DNA of 64,000 nt from Auanema rhodensis (Eukaryota; Animalia; Nematoda), in contig OZ059897.1 in assembly GCA_964057225.1 (NCBI GenBank), forward strand, positions 22,630,001 through 22,694,000, given 5' to 3'. Positions 11,617-26,928 of this stretch are shown here, piece after piece. Below the pieces are notes generated by a model. The model made no database searches. It was not told the origin of the DNA and was given only the letters and a program-made list of their open reading frames with translations. Position 1 is the stretch's first letter; every line of letters starts with the position of its first letter. A program made the position numbers and the translations under genes.

Positions 11617-14600
11617 AAAGTCATGGTTACCATGCACCAATATCAATAAAAATTTGTTTTTAGACTAATATGGACATGAGGAATCTAATTTTGAAAACCG
11701 CATCTCTTTATCTTTCACGTGAAGCGAGTTACATACCAAGTGCACATCACGTGTACATTTAATTAGCATAAATTAAAGTTCACGTAAATTTCAAAGTCAT
11801 GGTTACCATGAAGCAATATCAATAAAAATTTGTTTTTAGACTAATATGGACATGGGGAATCTAATTTTGAAAACCGCATCTCTTTATCTTTCACGTGAAG
11901 CGAGTTACATACCAAGTGCACATCACGTGTACATTTAATTAGCATAAATTAAAGTTCACGTAAATTTCAAAGTCATGGTTACCATGAAGCAATATCAATA
12001 AAAATTTGTTTTTAGACTAATATGGACATGGGGAATCTAATTTTGAAAACCGCATCTCTTTATCTTTCACGTGAAGCGAGTTACATACCAAGTGCACATC
12101 ACGTGTACATTTAATTAGCATAAATTAAAGTTCACGTAAATTTCAAAGTCATGGTTACCATGAACTAATATCAATAAAAATTTGTTTTTAGACTAATATG
12201 GACATGGGGAATCTAATTTTGAAAACCGCATCTCTTTATCTTTCACGTGAAGCGAGTTACATACCAAGTGCACATCACGTGTACATTTAATTAGCATAAA
12301 TTAAAGTTCACGTAAATTTCAAAGTCATGGTTACCATGAACCAATATCAATAAAAATTTGTTTTTAGACTAATATGGACATGGGGAATCTAATTTTGAAA
12401 ACCGCATCTCTTTATCTTTCACGTGAAGCGAGTTACATACCAAGTGCACATCATGTGTACATTTAATTAGCATAAATTAAAGTTCACGTAAATTTCAAAG
12501 TCATGGTTACCATGAAGCAATATCAATAAAAATTTGTTTTTAGACTAATATGGACATGGGGAATCTAATTTTGAAAACCGCATCTCTTTATCTTTCACGT
12601 GAAGCGAGTTACATACCAAGTGCACATCACGTGTACATTTAATTAGCATAAATTAAAGTTCACGTAAATTTCAAAGTCATGGTTACCATGAACTAATATC
12701 AATAAAAATTTGTTTTTAGACTAATATGGACATGGGGAATCTAATTTTGAAAACCGCATCTCTTTATCTTTCACGTGAAGCGAGTTACATACCAAGTGCA
12801 CATCACGTGTACATTTAATTAGCATAAATTAAAGTTCACGTAAATTTCAAAGTCATGGTTACCATGAACCAATATCAATAAAAATTTGTTTTTAGACTAA
12901 TATGGACATGGGGAATCTAATTTTGAAAACCGCATCTCTTTATCTTTCACGTGAAGCGAGTTACATACCAAGTGCACATCACGTGTACATTTAATTAGCA
13001 TAAATTAAAGTTCACGTAAATTTCAAAGTCATGGTTACCATGTACCAATATCAATAAAAATTTGTTTTTAGACTAATATGGACATGGGGAATCTAATTTT
13101 GAAAACCGCATCTCTTTATCTTTCACGTGAAGCGAGTTACATACCAAGTGCACATCACGTGTACATTTAATTAGCATAAATTAAAGTTCACGTAAATTTC
13201 AAAGTCATGGTTACCATGCACCAATATCAATAAAAATTTGTTTTTAGACTAATATGGACATGGGGAATCTAATTTTAAAAACCGCATCTCTTTATCTTTC
13301 ACGTGAAGCGAGTTACATACCAAGTGCACATCACGTGTACATTTAATTAGCATAAATTAAAGTTCACGTAAATTTCAAAGTCATGGTTACCATGAACCAA
13401 TATCAATAAAAATTTGTTTTTAGACTAATATGGACATGAGGAATCTAATTTTGAAAACCGCATCTCTTCATCTTTCACGTGAAGCGAGTTACATACCAAG
13501 TGCACATCACGTGTACATTTAATTAGCATAAATTAAAGTTAAGGTAAATTTTAAAGTCATGGTTACCATTCACCAATATCAATAAAAATTTGTTTTTAGA
13601 CTAATATGGACATGGGGAATCTAATTTTGAAAACCGCATCTCTTTATCTCTCACGTGAAGCGAGTTACATACCAAGTGCACATCACGTGTACATTTAATT
13701 AGCATAAATTAAAGTTCACGTAAATTTCAAAGTCATGGTTACCATTCACCAATATCAATAAAAATTTGTTTTTAGACTAATATGGACATGGGGAATCTAA
13801 TTTTGAAAACCGCATCTCTTTATCTTTCACGTGAAGCGAGTTACATACCAAGTGCACATCACGTGTACATTTAATTAGCATAAATTAAAGTTCACGTAAA
13901 TTTCAAAGTCATAGTTACCATGAAGCAATATCAATAAAAATTTGTTTTTAGACTAATATGGACATGGGGAATCTAATTTTGAAAACCGCATCTCTTTATC
14001 TTTCACGTGAAGCGAGTTACATACCAAGTGCACATCACGTGTACATTTAATTAGCATAAATTAAAGTTCACGTAAATTTCAAAGTCATGGTTACCATGAA
14101 CTAATATCAATAAAAATTTGTTTTTAGACTAATATGGACATGGGGAATCTAATTTTGAAAACCGCATCTCTTTATCTTTCACGTGAAGCGAGTTACATAC
14201 CAAGTGCACATCACGTGTACATTTAATTAGCATAAATTAAAGTTCACGTAAATTTCAAAGTCATGGTTACCATGAACCAATATCAATAAAAATTTGTTTT
14301 TAGACTAATATGGACATGGGGAATCTAATTTTGAAAACCGCATCTCTTTATCTTTCACGTGAAGCGAGTTACATACCAAGTGCACATCACGTGTACATTT
14401 AATTAGCATAAATTAAAGTTCACGTAAATTTCAAAGTCATGGTTACCATGAACTAATATCAATAAAAATTTGTTTTTAGACTAATATGGACATGGGGAAT
14501 CTAATTTTGAAAACCGCATCTCTTTATCTTTCACGTGAAGCGAGTTACATACCAAGTGCACATCACGTGTACATTTAATTAGCATAAATTAAAGTTCACG

Positions 14601-15664
14601 TAAATTTCAAAGTCATGGTTACCATGAACCAATATCAATAAAAATTTGTTTTTAGACTAATATGGACATGGGGAATCTAATTTTGAAAACCGCATCTCTT
14701 TATCTTTCACGTGAAGCGAGTTACATACCAAGTGCACATCACGTGTACATTTAATTAGCATAAATTAAAGTTCACGTAAATTTCAAAGTCATGGTTACCA
14801 TTCACCAATATCAATAAAAATTTGTTTTTAGACTAATATGGACATGGGGAATCTAATTTTGAAAACCGCATCTCTTTATCTTTCACGTGAAGCGAGTTAC
14901 ATACCAAGTGCACATCACGTGTACATTTAATTAGCATAAATTAAAGTTCACGTAAATTTCAAAGTCATAGTTACCATGAAGCAATATCAATAAAAATTTG
15001 TTTTTAGACTAATATGGACATGGGGAATCTAATTTTGAAAACCGCATCTCTTTATCTTTCACGTGAAGCGAGTTACATACCAAGTGCACATCACGTGTAC
15101 ATTTATTTAGCATAAATTAAAGTTCACGTAAATTTCAAAGTCATGGTTACCATGAACCAATATCAATAAAAATTTGTTTTTAGACTAATATGGACATGGG
15201 GAATCTAATTTTGAAAACCGCATTTCTTTATCTTTCACGTGAAGCGAGTTACATACCAAGAGCACATCACGTGTACATTTAATTAGCATAAATTAAAGTT
15301 CACGTAAATTTCAAAGTCATGGTTACCATGCACCAATATCAATAAAAATTTGTTTTTAGACTAATATGGACATGAGGAATCTAATTTTGAAAACCGCATC
15401 TCTTTATCTTTCACGTGAAGCGAGTTACATACCAAGTGCACATCACGTGTACATTTAATTAGCATAAATTAAAGTTCACGTAAATTTCAAAGTCATGGTT
15501 ACCATGAAGCAATATCAATAAAAATTTGTTTTTAGACTAATATGGACATGGGGAATCTAATTTTGAAAACCGCATCTCTTTATCTTTCACGTGAAGCGAG
15601 TTACATACCAAGTGCACATCACGTGTACATTTAATTAGCATAAATTAAAGTTCACGTAAATTTC

Positions 15665-17776
15665 AAAGTCATGGTTACCATGAACCAATATCAATAAAAA
15701 TTTGTTTTTAGACTAATATGGACATGGGGAATCTAATTTTGAAAACCGCATCTCTTTATCTTTCACGTGAAGCGAGTTACATACCAAGTGCACATCACGT
15801 GTACATTTAATTAGCATAAATTAAAGTTCACGTAAATTTCAAAGTCATGGTTACCATGAACTAATATCAATAAAAATTTGTTTTTAGACTAATATGGACA
15901 TGGGGAATCTAATTTTGAAAACCGCATCTCTTTATCTTTCACGTGAAGCGAGTTACATACCAAGTGCACATCACGTGTACATTTAATTAGCATAAATTAA
16001 AGTTCACGTAAATTTCAAAGTCATGGTTACCATGAACCAATATCAATAAAAATTTGTTTTTAGACTAATATGGACATGGGGAATCTAATTTTGAAAACCG
16101 CATCTCTTTATCTTTCACGTGAAGCGAGTTACATACCAAGTGCACATCACGTGTACATTTAATTAGCATAAATTAAAGTTCACGTAAATTTCAAAGTCAT
16201 GGTTACCATGAACTAATATCAATAAAAATTTGTTTTTAGACTAATATGGACATGGGGAATCTAATTTTGAAAACCGCATCTCTTTATCTTTCACGTGAAG
16301 CGAGTTACATACCAAGTGCACATCACGTGTACATTTAATTAGCATAAATTAAAGTTCACGTAAATTTCAAAGTCATGGTTACCATGAACCAATATCAATA
16401 AAAATTTGTTTTTAGACTAATATGGACATGGGGAATCTAATTTTGAAAACCGCATCTCTTTATCTTTCACGTGAAGCGAGTTACATACCAAGTGCACATC
16501 ACGTGTACATTTAATTAGCATAAATTAAAGTTCACGTAAATTTCAAAGTCATGGTTACCATGAACTAATATCAATAAAAATTTGTTTTTAGACTAATATG
16601 GACATGGGGAATCTAATTTTGAAAACCGCATCTCTTTATCTTTCACGTGAAGCGAGTTACATACCAAGTGCACATCACGTGTACATTTAATTAGCATAAA
16701 TTAAAGTTCACGTAAATTTCAAAGTCATGGTTACCATGAACCAATATCAATAAAAATTTGTTTTTAGACTAATATGGACATGGGGAATCTAATTTTGAAA
16801 ACCGCATCTCTTTATCTTTCACGTGAAGCGAGTTACATACCAAGTGCACATCACGTGTACATTTAATTAGCATAAATTAAAGTTCACGTAAATTTCAAAG
16901 TCATGGTTACCATGAACTAATATCAATAAAAATTTGTTTTTAGACTAATATGGACATGGGGAATCTAATTTTGAAAACCGCATCTCTTTATCTTTCACGT
17001 GAAGCGAGTTACATACCAAGTGCACATCACGTGTACATTTAATTAGCATAAATTAAAGTTCACGTAAATTTCAAAGTCATGGTTACCATGAACCAATATC
17101 AATAAAAATTTGTTTTTAGACTAATATGGACATGGGGAATCTAATTTTGAAAACCGCATCTCTTTATCTTTCACGTGAAGCGAGTTACATACCAAGTGCA
17201 CATCACGTGTACATTTAATTAGCATAAATTAAAGTTCACGTAAATTTCAAAGTCATGGTTACCATGAACTAATATCAATAAAAATTTGTTTTTAGACTAA
17301 TATGGACATGGGGAATCTAATTTTGAAAACCGCATCTCTTTATCTTTCACGTGAAGCGAGTTACATACCAAGTGCACATCACGTGTACATTTAATTAGCA
17401 TAAATTAAAGTTCACGTAAATTTCAAAGTCATGGTTACCATGAACCAATATCAATAAAAATTTGTTTTTAGACTAATATGGACATGGGGAATCTAATTTT
17501 GAAAACCGCATCTCTTTATCTTTCACGTGAAGCGAGTTACATACCAAGTGCACATCACGTGTACATTTAATTAGCATAAATTAAAGTTCACGTAAATTTC
17601 AAAGTCATGGTTACCATGAACTAATATCAATAAAAATTTGTTTTTAGACTAATATGGACATGGGGAATCTAATTTTGAAAACCGCATCTCTTTATCTTTC
17701 ACGTGAAGCGAGTTACATACCAAGTGCACATCACGTGTACATTTAATTAGCATAAATTAAAGTTCACGTAAATTTC
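15665..17776 (+). repeat. Dimeric (352-bp) higher-order run, (AACC,AACT)x6
   Basis: Monomers 90-101 alternate C/T at position 22, with no other differences seen. Confidence 0.88.
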
Positions 17777-20768
17777 AAAGTCATGGTTACCATGAACTAA
17801 TATCAATAAAAATTTGTTTTTAGACTAATATGGACATGGGGAATCTAATTTTGAAAACCGCATCTCTTTATCTTTCACGTGAAGCGAGTTACATACCAAG
17901 TGCACATCACGTGTACATTTAATTAGCATAAATTAAAGTTCACGTAAATTTCAAAGTCATGGTTACCATGCACCAATATCAATAAAAATTTGTTTTTAGA
18001 CTAATATGGACATGGGGAATCTAATTTTGAAAACCGCATCTCTTTATCTTTCACGTGAAGCGAGTTACATACCAAGTGCACATCACGTGTACATTTAATT
18101 AGCATAAATTAAAGTTCACGTAAATTTCAAAGTCATGGTTACCATGAACTAATATCAATAAAAATTTGTTTTTAGACTAATATGGACATGGGGAATCTAA
18201 TTTTGAAAACCGCATCTCTTTATCTTTCACGTGAAGCGAGTTACATACCAAGTGCACATCACGTGTACATTTAATTAGCATAAATTAAAGTTCACGTAAA
18301 TTTCAAAGTCATGGTTACCATGAACCAATATCAATAAAAATTTGTTTTTAGACTAATATGGACATGGGGAATCTAATTTTGAAAACCGCATCTCTTTATC
18401 TTTCACGTGAAGCGAGTTACATACCAAGTGCACATCACGTGTACATTTAATTAGCATAAATTAAAGTTCACGTAAATTTCAAAGTCATGGTTACCATGAA
18501 CCAATATCAATAAAAATTTGTTTTTAGACTAATATGGACATGGGGAATCTAATTTTGAAAACCGCATCTCTTTATCTTTCACGTGAAGCGAGTTACATAC
18601 CAAGTGCACATCACGTGTACATTTAATTAGCATAAATTAAAGTTCACGTAAATTTCAAAGTCATGGTTACCATGAACCAATATCAATAAAAATTTGTTTT
18701 TAGACTAATATGGACATGGGGAATCTAATTTTGAAAACCGCATCTCTTTATCTTTCACGTGAAGCGAGTTACATACCAAGTGCACATCACGTGTACATTT
18801 AATTAGCATAAATTAAAGTTCACGTAAATTTCAAAGTCATGGTTACCATGCACCAATATCAATAAAAATTTGTTTTTAGACTAATATGGACATGGGAAAT
18901 CTAATTTTGAAAACCGCATCTCTTTATCTTTCACGTGAAGCGAGTTACATACCAAGTGCACATCACGTGTACATTTAATTAGCATAAATTAAAGTTCACG
19001 TAAATTTCAAAGTCATGGTTACCATGAAGCAATATCAATAAAAATTTGTTTTTAGACTAATATGGACATGGGGAATCTAATTTTGAAAACCGCATCTCTT
19101 TATCTTTCACGTGAAGCGAGTTACATACCAAGAGCACATCACGTGTACATTTAATTAGCATAAATTAAAGTTCACGTAAATTTCAAAGTCATGGTTACCA
19201 TGAACCAATATCAATAAAAATTTGTTTTTAGACTAATATGGACATGGGGAATCTAATTTTGAAAACCGCATCTCTTCATCTTTCACGTGAAGCGAGTTAC
19301 ATACCAAGTGCACATCACGTGTACATTTAATTAGCATAAATTAAAGTTCACGTAAATTTCAAAGTCATGGTTACCATGCACCAATATTAATAAAAATTTG
19401 TTTTTAGACTAATATGAACATGGGGAATCTAATTTTGAAAACCGCATCTCTTTATCTTTCACGTGAAGCGAGTTACATACCAAGTGCACATCACGTGTAC
19501 ATTTAATTAGCATAAATTAAAGTTCACGTAAATTTCAAAGTCATGGTTACCATGAACCAATATCAATAAAAATTTGTTTTTAGACTAATATGGACATGGG
19601 GAATCTAATTTTGAAAACCGCATCTCTTCATCTTTCACGTGAAGCGAGTTACATACCAAGTGCACATCACGTGTACATTTAATTAGCATAAATTAAAGTT
19701 CACGTAAATTTCAAAGTCATGGTTACCATGCACAAATATCAATAAAAATTTGTTTTTAGACTAATATGGACATGGGGAATCTAATTTTGAAAACCGCATC
19801 TCCTTATCTTTCACGTGAAGCGAGTTACATACCAAGTGCACATCACGTGTACATTTAATTAGCATAAATTAAAGTTCACGTAAATTTCAAAGTCATGGTT
19901 ACCATGCACCAATATCAATAAAAATTTGTTTTTAGACTAATATGGACATGGGGAATCTAATTTTGAAAACCGCATCTCTTTATCTTTCACGTGGAGCGAG
20001 TTACATACCAAGTGCACATCACGTGTACATTTATTTAGCATAAATTAAAGTTCACGTAAATTTCAAAGTCATGGTTACCATTCACCAATATCAATAAAAA
20101 TTTGTTTTTAGACTAATATGGACATGGGGAATCTAATTTTGAAAACCGCATCTCTTTATCTTTCACGTGAAGCGAGTTACATACCAAGTGCACATCACGT
20201 GTACATTTAATTAGCATAAATTAAAGTTCACGTAAATTTCAAAGTCATAGTTACCATGAAGCAATATCAATAAAAATTTGTTTTTAGACTAATATGGACA
20301 TGGGGAATCTAATTTTGAAAACCGCATCTCTTTATCTTTCACGTGAAGCGAGTTACATACCAAGTGCACATCACGTGTACATTTATTTAGCATAAATTAA
20401 AGTTCACGTAAATTTCAAAGTCATGGTTACCATGAACCAATATCAATAAAAATTTGTTTTTAGACTAATATGGACATGGGGAATCTAATTTTGAAAACCG
20501 CATTTCTTTATCTTTCACGTGAAGCGAGTTACATACCAAGAGCACATCACGTGTACATTTAATTAGCATAAATTAAAGTTCACGTAAATTTCAAAGGCAT
20601 GGTTACCATGAAGCAATATCAATAAAAATTTGTTTTTAGACTAATATGGACATGGGGAATCTAATTTTGAAAACCGCATCTCTTTATCTTTCACGTGAAG
20701 CGAGTTACATACCAAGAGCACATCACGTGTACATTTAATTAGCATAAATTAAAGTTCACGTAAATTTC

Positions 20769-22176
20769 AAAGTCATGGTTACCATGAAGCAATATCAATA
20801 AAAATTTGTTTTTAGACTAATATGGACATGGGGAATCTAATTTTGAAAACCGCATCTCTTTATCTTTCACGTGAAGCGAGTTACGTACCAAGTGCACATC
20901 ACGTGTACATTTAATTAGCATTAATTAAAGTTCACGTAAATTTCAAAGTCATGGTTACCATGAACCAATATCAATAAAAATTTGTTTTTAGACTAATATG
21001 GACATGGGGAATCTAATTTTGAAAACCGCATCTCCTTATCTTTCACGTGAAGCGAGTTACATACGAAGTGCACATCACGTGTACATTTAATTAGCATAAA
21101 TTAAAGTTCACGTAAATTTCAAAGTCATGGTTACCATGCACCAATATCAATAAAAATTTGTTTTTAGACTAATATGGACATGGGGAATCTAATTTTGAAA
21201 ACCGCATCTCTTTATCTTTCACGTGGAGCGAGTTACATACCAAGTGCACGTCACGTGTACATTTATTTAGCATAAATTAAAGTTCACGTAAATTTCAAAG
21301 TCATGGTTACCATTCACCAATATCAATAAAAATTTGTTTTTAGACTAATATGGACATGGGGAATCTAATTTTGAAAACCGCATCTCTTTATCTTTCACGT
21401 GAAGCGAGTTACATACCAAGTGCACATCACGTGTACATTTAATTAGCATAAATTAAAGTTCACGTAAATTTCAAAGTCATGGTTACCATGAAGCAATATC
21501 AATAAAAATTTGTTTTTAGACTAATATGGACATGGGGAATCTAATTTTGAAAACCGCATCTCTTTATCTTTCACGTGAAGCGAGTTACGTACCAAGTGCA
21601 CATCACGTGTACATTTAATTAGCATTAATTAAAGTTCACGTAAATTTCAAAGTCATGGTTACCATGAACCAATATCAATAAAAATTTGTTTTTAGACTAA
21701 TATGGACATGGGGAATCTAATTTTGAAAACCGCATCTCCTTATCTTTCACGTGAAGCGAGTTACATACCAAGTGCACATCACGTGTACATTTAATTAGCA
21801 TAAATTAAAGTTCACGTAAATTTCAAAGTCATGGTTACCATGCACCAATATCAATAAAAATTTGTTTTTAGACTAATATGGACATGGGGAATCTAATTTT
21901 GAAAACTGCATCTCTTTATCTTTCACGTGGAGCGAGTTACATACCAAGTGCACATCACGTGTACATTTATTTAGCATAAATTAAAGTTCACGTAAATTTC
22001 AAAGTCATGGTTACCATTCACCAATATCAATAAAAATTTGTTTTTAGACTAATATGGACATGGGGAATCTAATTTTGAAAACCGCATCTCTTTATCTTTC
22101 ACGTGAAGCGAGTTACATACCAAGTGCACATCACGTGTACATTTAATTAGCATAAATTAAAGTTCACGTAAATTTC
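20769..22176 (+). repeat. Local higher-order duplication, 4-mer x2 (704 bp)
   Basis: [AAGC+G117+T154], [AACC+C91], [CACC+G106+T146], T18-CACC occurs twice (monomers 119-122 and 123-126). Confidence 0.85.
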
Positions 22177-23760
22177 AAAGTCATAGTTACCATGAAGCAA
22201 TATCAATAAAAATTTGTTTTTAGACTAATATGGACATGGGGAATCTAATTTTGAAAACCGCATCTCTTTATCTTTCACGTGAAGCGAGTTACATACCAAG
22301 TGCACATCACGTGTACATTTAATTAGCATAAATTAAAGTTCACGTAAATTTCAAAGTCATGGTTACCATGAAGCAATATCAATAAAAATTTGTTTTTAGA
22401 CTAATATGGACATGGGGAATCTAATTTTGAAAACCGCATCTCTTTATCTTTCACGTGAAGCGAGTTACATACCAAGTGCACATCACGTGTACATTTAATT
22501 AGCATAAATTAAAGTTCACGTAAATTTCAAAGTCATGGTTACCATGAACCAATATCAATAAAAATTTGTTTTTAGACTAATATGGACATGGGGAATCTAA
22601 TTTTGAAAACCGCATCTCTTTATCTTTCACGTGAAGCGAGTTACATACCAAGTGCACATCACGTGTACATTTAATTAGCATAAATTAAAGTTCACGTAAA
22701 TTTCAAAGTCATGGTTACCATGAACTAATATCAATAAAAATTTGTTTTTAGACTAATATGGACATGGGGAATCTAATTTTGAAAACCGCATCTCTTTATC
22801 TTTCACGTGAAGCGAGTTACATACCAAGTGCACATCACGTGTACATTTAATTAGCATAAATTAAAGTTCACGTAAATTTCAAAGTCATGGTTACCATGAA
22901 CCAATATCAATAAAAATTTGTTTTTAGACTAATATGGACATGGGGAATCTAATTTTGAAAACCGCATCTCTTTATCTTTCACGTGAAGCGAGTTACATAC
23001 CAAGTGCACATCACGTGTACATTTAATTAGCATAAATTAAAGTTCACGTAAATTTCAAAGTCATGGTTACCATGAACTAATATCAATAAAAATTTGTTTT
23101 TAGACTAATATGGACATGGGGAATCTAATTTTGAAAACCGCATCTCTTTATCTTTCACGTGAAGCGAGTTACATACCAAGTGCACATCACGTGTACATTT
23201 AATTAGCATAAATTAAAGTTCACGTAAATTTCAAAGTCATGGTTACCATGAACCAATATCAATAAAAATTAGTTTTTAGACTAATATGGACATGGGGAAT
23301 CTAATTTTGAAAACCGCATCTCTTTATCTTTCACGTGAAGCGAGTTACATACCAAGTGCACATCACGTGTACATTTAATTAGCATAAATTAAAGTTCACG
23401 TAAATTTCAAAGTCATGGTTACCATGAACCAATATCAATAAAAATTTGTTTTTAGACTAATATGGACATGGGGAATCTAATTTTGAAAACCGCATCTCTT
23501 TATCTTTCACGTGAAGCGAGTTACATACCAAGTGCACATCACGTGTACATTTAATTAGCATAAATTAAAGTTCACGTAAATTTCAAAGTCATGGTTACCA
23601 TGAACCAATATCAATAAAAATTTGTTTTTAGACTAATATGGACATGGGGAATCTAATTTTGAAAACCGCATCTCTTTATCTTTCACGTGAAGCGAGTTAC
23701 ATACCAAGTGCACATCACGTGTACATTTAATTAGCATAAATTAAAGTTCACGTAAATTTC

Positions 23761-26700
23761 AAAGTCATGGTTACCATGCACCAATATCAATAAAAATTTG
23801 TTTTTAGACTAATATGGACATGGGGAATCTAATTTTGAAAACCGCATCTCTTTATCTTTCACGTGAAGCGAGTTACATACCAAGTGCACATCACGTGTAC
23901 ATTTAATTAGCATAAATTAAAGTTCACGTAAATTTCAAAGTCATGGTTACCATGCACCAATATCAATAAAAATTTGTTTTTAGACTAATATGAACATGGG
24001 GAATCTAATTTTGAAAACCGCATCTCTTTATCTTTCACGTGAAGCGAGTTACATACCAAGTGCACATCACGTGTACATTTAATTAGCATAAATTAAAGTT
24101 CACGTAAATTTCAAAGTCATGGTTACCATGAACCAATATCAATAAAAATTTGTTTTTAGACTAATATGGACATGGGGAATCTAATTTTGAAAACCGCATC
24201 TCTTCATCTTTCACGTGAAGCGAGTTACATACCAAGTGCACATCACGTGTACATTTAATTAGCATAAATTAAAGTTCACGTAAATTTCAAAGTCATGGTT
24301 ACCATGCACCAATATCAATAAAAATTTGTTTTTAGACTAATATGAACATGGGGAATCTAATTTTGAAAACCGCATCTCTTTATCTTTCACGTGAAGCGAG
24401 TTACATACCAAGTGCACATCACGTGTACATTTAATTAGCATAAATTAAAGTTCACGTAAATTTCAAAGTCATGGTTACCATGAACCAATATCAATAAAAA
24501 TTTGTTTTTAGACTAATATGGACATGGGGAATCTAATTTTGAAAACCGCATCTCTTCATCTTTCACGTGAAGCGAGTTACATACCAAGTGCACATCACGT
24601 GTACATTTAATTAGCATAAATTAAAGTTCACGTAAATTTCAAAGTCATGGTTACCATGCACAAATATCAATAAAAATTTGTTTTTAGACTAATATGGACA
24701 TGGGGAATCTAATTTTGAAAACCGCATCTCCTTATCTTTCACGTGAAGCGAGTTACATACCAAGTGCACATCACGTGTACATTTAATTAGCATAAATTAA
24801 AGTTCACGTAAATTTCAAAGTCATGGTTACCATGCACCAATATCAATAAAAATTTGTTTTTAGACTAATATGGACATGGGGAATCTAATTTTGAAAACCG
24901 CATCTCTTTATCTTTCACGTGGAGCGAGTTACATACCAAGTGCACATCACGTGTACATTTATTTAGCATAAATTAAAGTTCACGTAAATTTCAAAGTCAT
25001 GGTTACCATTCACCAATATCAATAAAAATTTGTTTTTAGACTAATATGGACATGGGGAATCTAATTTTGAAAACCGCATCTCTTTATCTTTCACGTGAAG
25101 CGAGTTACATACCAAGTGCACATCACGTGTACATTTAATTAGCATAAATTAAAGTTCACGTAAATTTCAAAGTCATAGTTACCATGAAGCAATATCAATA
25201 AAAATTTGTTTTTAGACTAATATGGACATGGGGAATCTAATTTTGAAAACCGCATCTCTTTATCTTTCACGTGAAGCGAGTTACATACCAAGTGCACATC
25301 ACGTGTACATTTAATTAGCATAAATTAAAGTTCACGTAAATTTCAAAGTCATGGTTACCATGCACCAATATCAATAAAAATTTGTTTTTAGACTAATATG
25401 GACATGGGGAATCTAATTTTGAAAACCGCATCTCTTTATCTTTCACGTGAAGCGAGTTACATACCAAGTGCACATCACGTGTACATTTAATTAGCATAAA
25501 TTAAAGTTCACGTAAATTTCAAAGTCATGGTTACCATGCACCAATATCAATAAAAATTTGTTTTTAGACTAATATGAACATGGGGAATCTAATTTTGAAA
25601 ACCGCATCTCTTTATCTTTCACGTGAAGCGAGTTACATACCAAGTGCACATCACGTGTACATTTAATTAGCATAAATTAAAGTTCACGTAAATTTCAAAG
25701 TCATGGTTACCATGAACCAATATCAATAAAAATTTGTTTTTAGACTAATATGGACATGGGGAATCTAATTTTGAAAACCGCATCTCTTCATCTTTCACGT
25801 GAAGCGAGTTACATACCAAGTGCACATCACGTGTACATTTAATTAGCATAAATTAAAGTTCACGTAAATTTCAAAGTCATGGTTACCATGCACCAATATC
25901 AATAAAAATTTGTTTTTAGACTAATATGAACATGGGGAATCTAATTTTGAAAACCGCATCTCTTTATCTTTCACGTGAAGCGAGTTACATACCAAGTGCA
26001 CATCACGTGTACATTTAATTAGCATAAATTAAAGTTCACGTAAATTTCAAAGTCATGGTTACCATGAACCAATATCAATAAAAATTTGTTTTTAGACTAA
26101 TATGGACATGGGGAATCTAATTTTGAAAACCGCATCTCTTCATCTTTCACGTGAAGCGAGTTACATACCAAGTGCACATCACGTGTACATTTAATTAGCA
26201 TAAATTAAAGTTCACGTAAATTTCAAAGTCATGGTTACCATGCACAAATATCAATAAAAATTTGTTTTTAGACTAATATGGACATGGGGAATCTAATTTT
26301 GAAAACCGCATCTCCTTATCTTTCACGTGAAGCGAGTTACATACCAAGTGCACATCACGTGTACATTTAATTAGCATAAATTAAAGTTCACGTAAATTTC
26401 AAAGTCATGGTTACCATGCACCAATATCAATAAAAATTTGTTTTTAGACTAATATGGACATGGGGAATCTAATTTTGAAAACCGCATCTCTTTATCTTTC
26501 ACGTGGAGCGAGTTACATACCAAGTGCACATCACGTGTACATTTATTTAGCATAAATTAAAGTTCACGTAAATTTCAAAGTCATGGTTACCATTCACCAA
26601 TATCAATAAAAATTTGTTTTTAGACTAATATGGACATGGGGAATCTAATTTTGAAAACCGCATCTCTTTATCTTTCACGTGAAGCGAGTTACATACCAAG

Positions 26701-26928
26701 TGCACATCACGTGTACATTTAATTAGCATAAATTAAAGTTCACGTAAATTTCAAAGTCATAGTTACCATGAAGCAATATCAATAAAAATTTGTTTTTAGA
26801 CTAATATGGACATGGGGAATCTAATTTTGAAAACCGCATCTCTTTATCTTTCACGTGAAGCGAGTTACATACCAAGTGCACATCACGTGTACATTTAATT
26901 AGCATAAATTAAAGTTCACGTAAATTTC
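23761..26928 (+). repeat. Local higher-order duplication, 9-mer x2 (1584 bp) with a nested dimer duplication
   Basis: CACC, (CACC+A57, AACC+C93)x2, CACA+C91, CACC+G106+T146, T18-CACC, A9+AAGC occurs twice (monomers 136-144 and 145-153). Confidence 0.88.
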
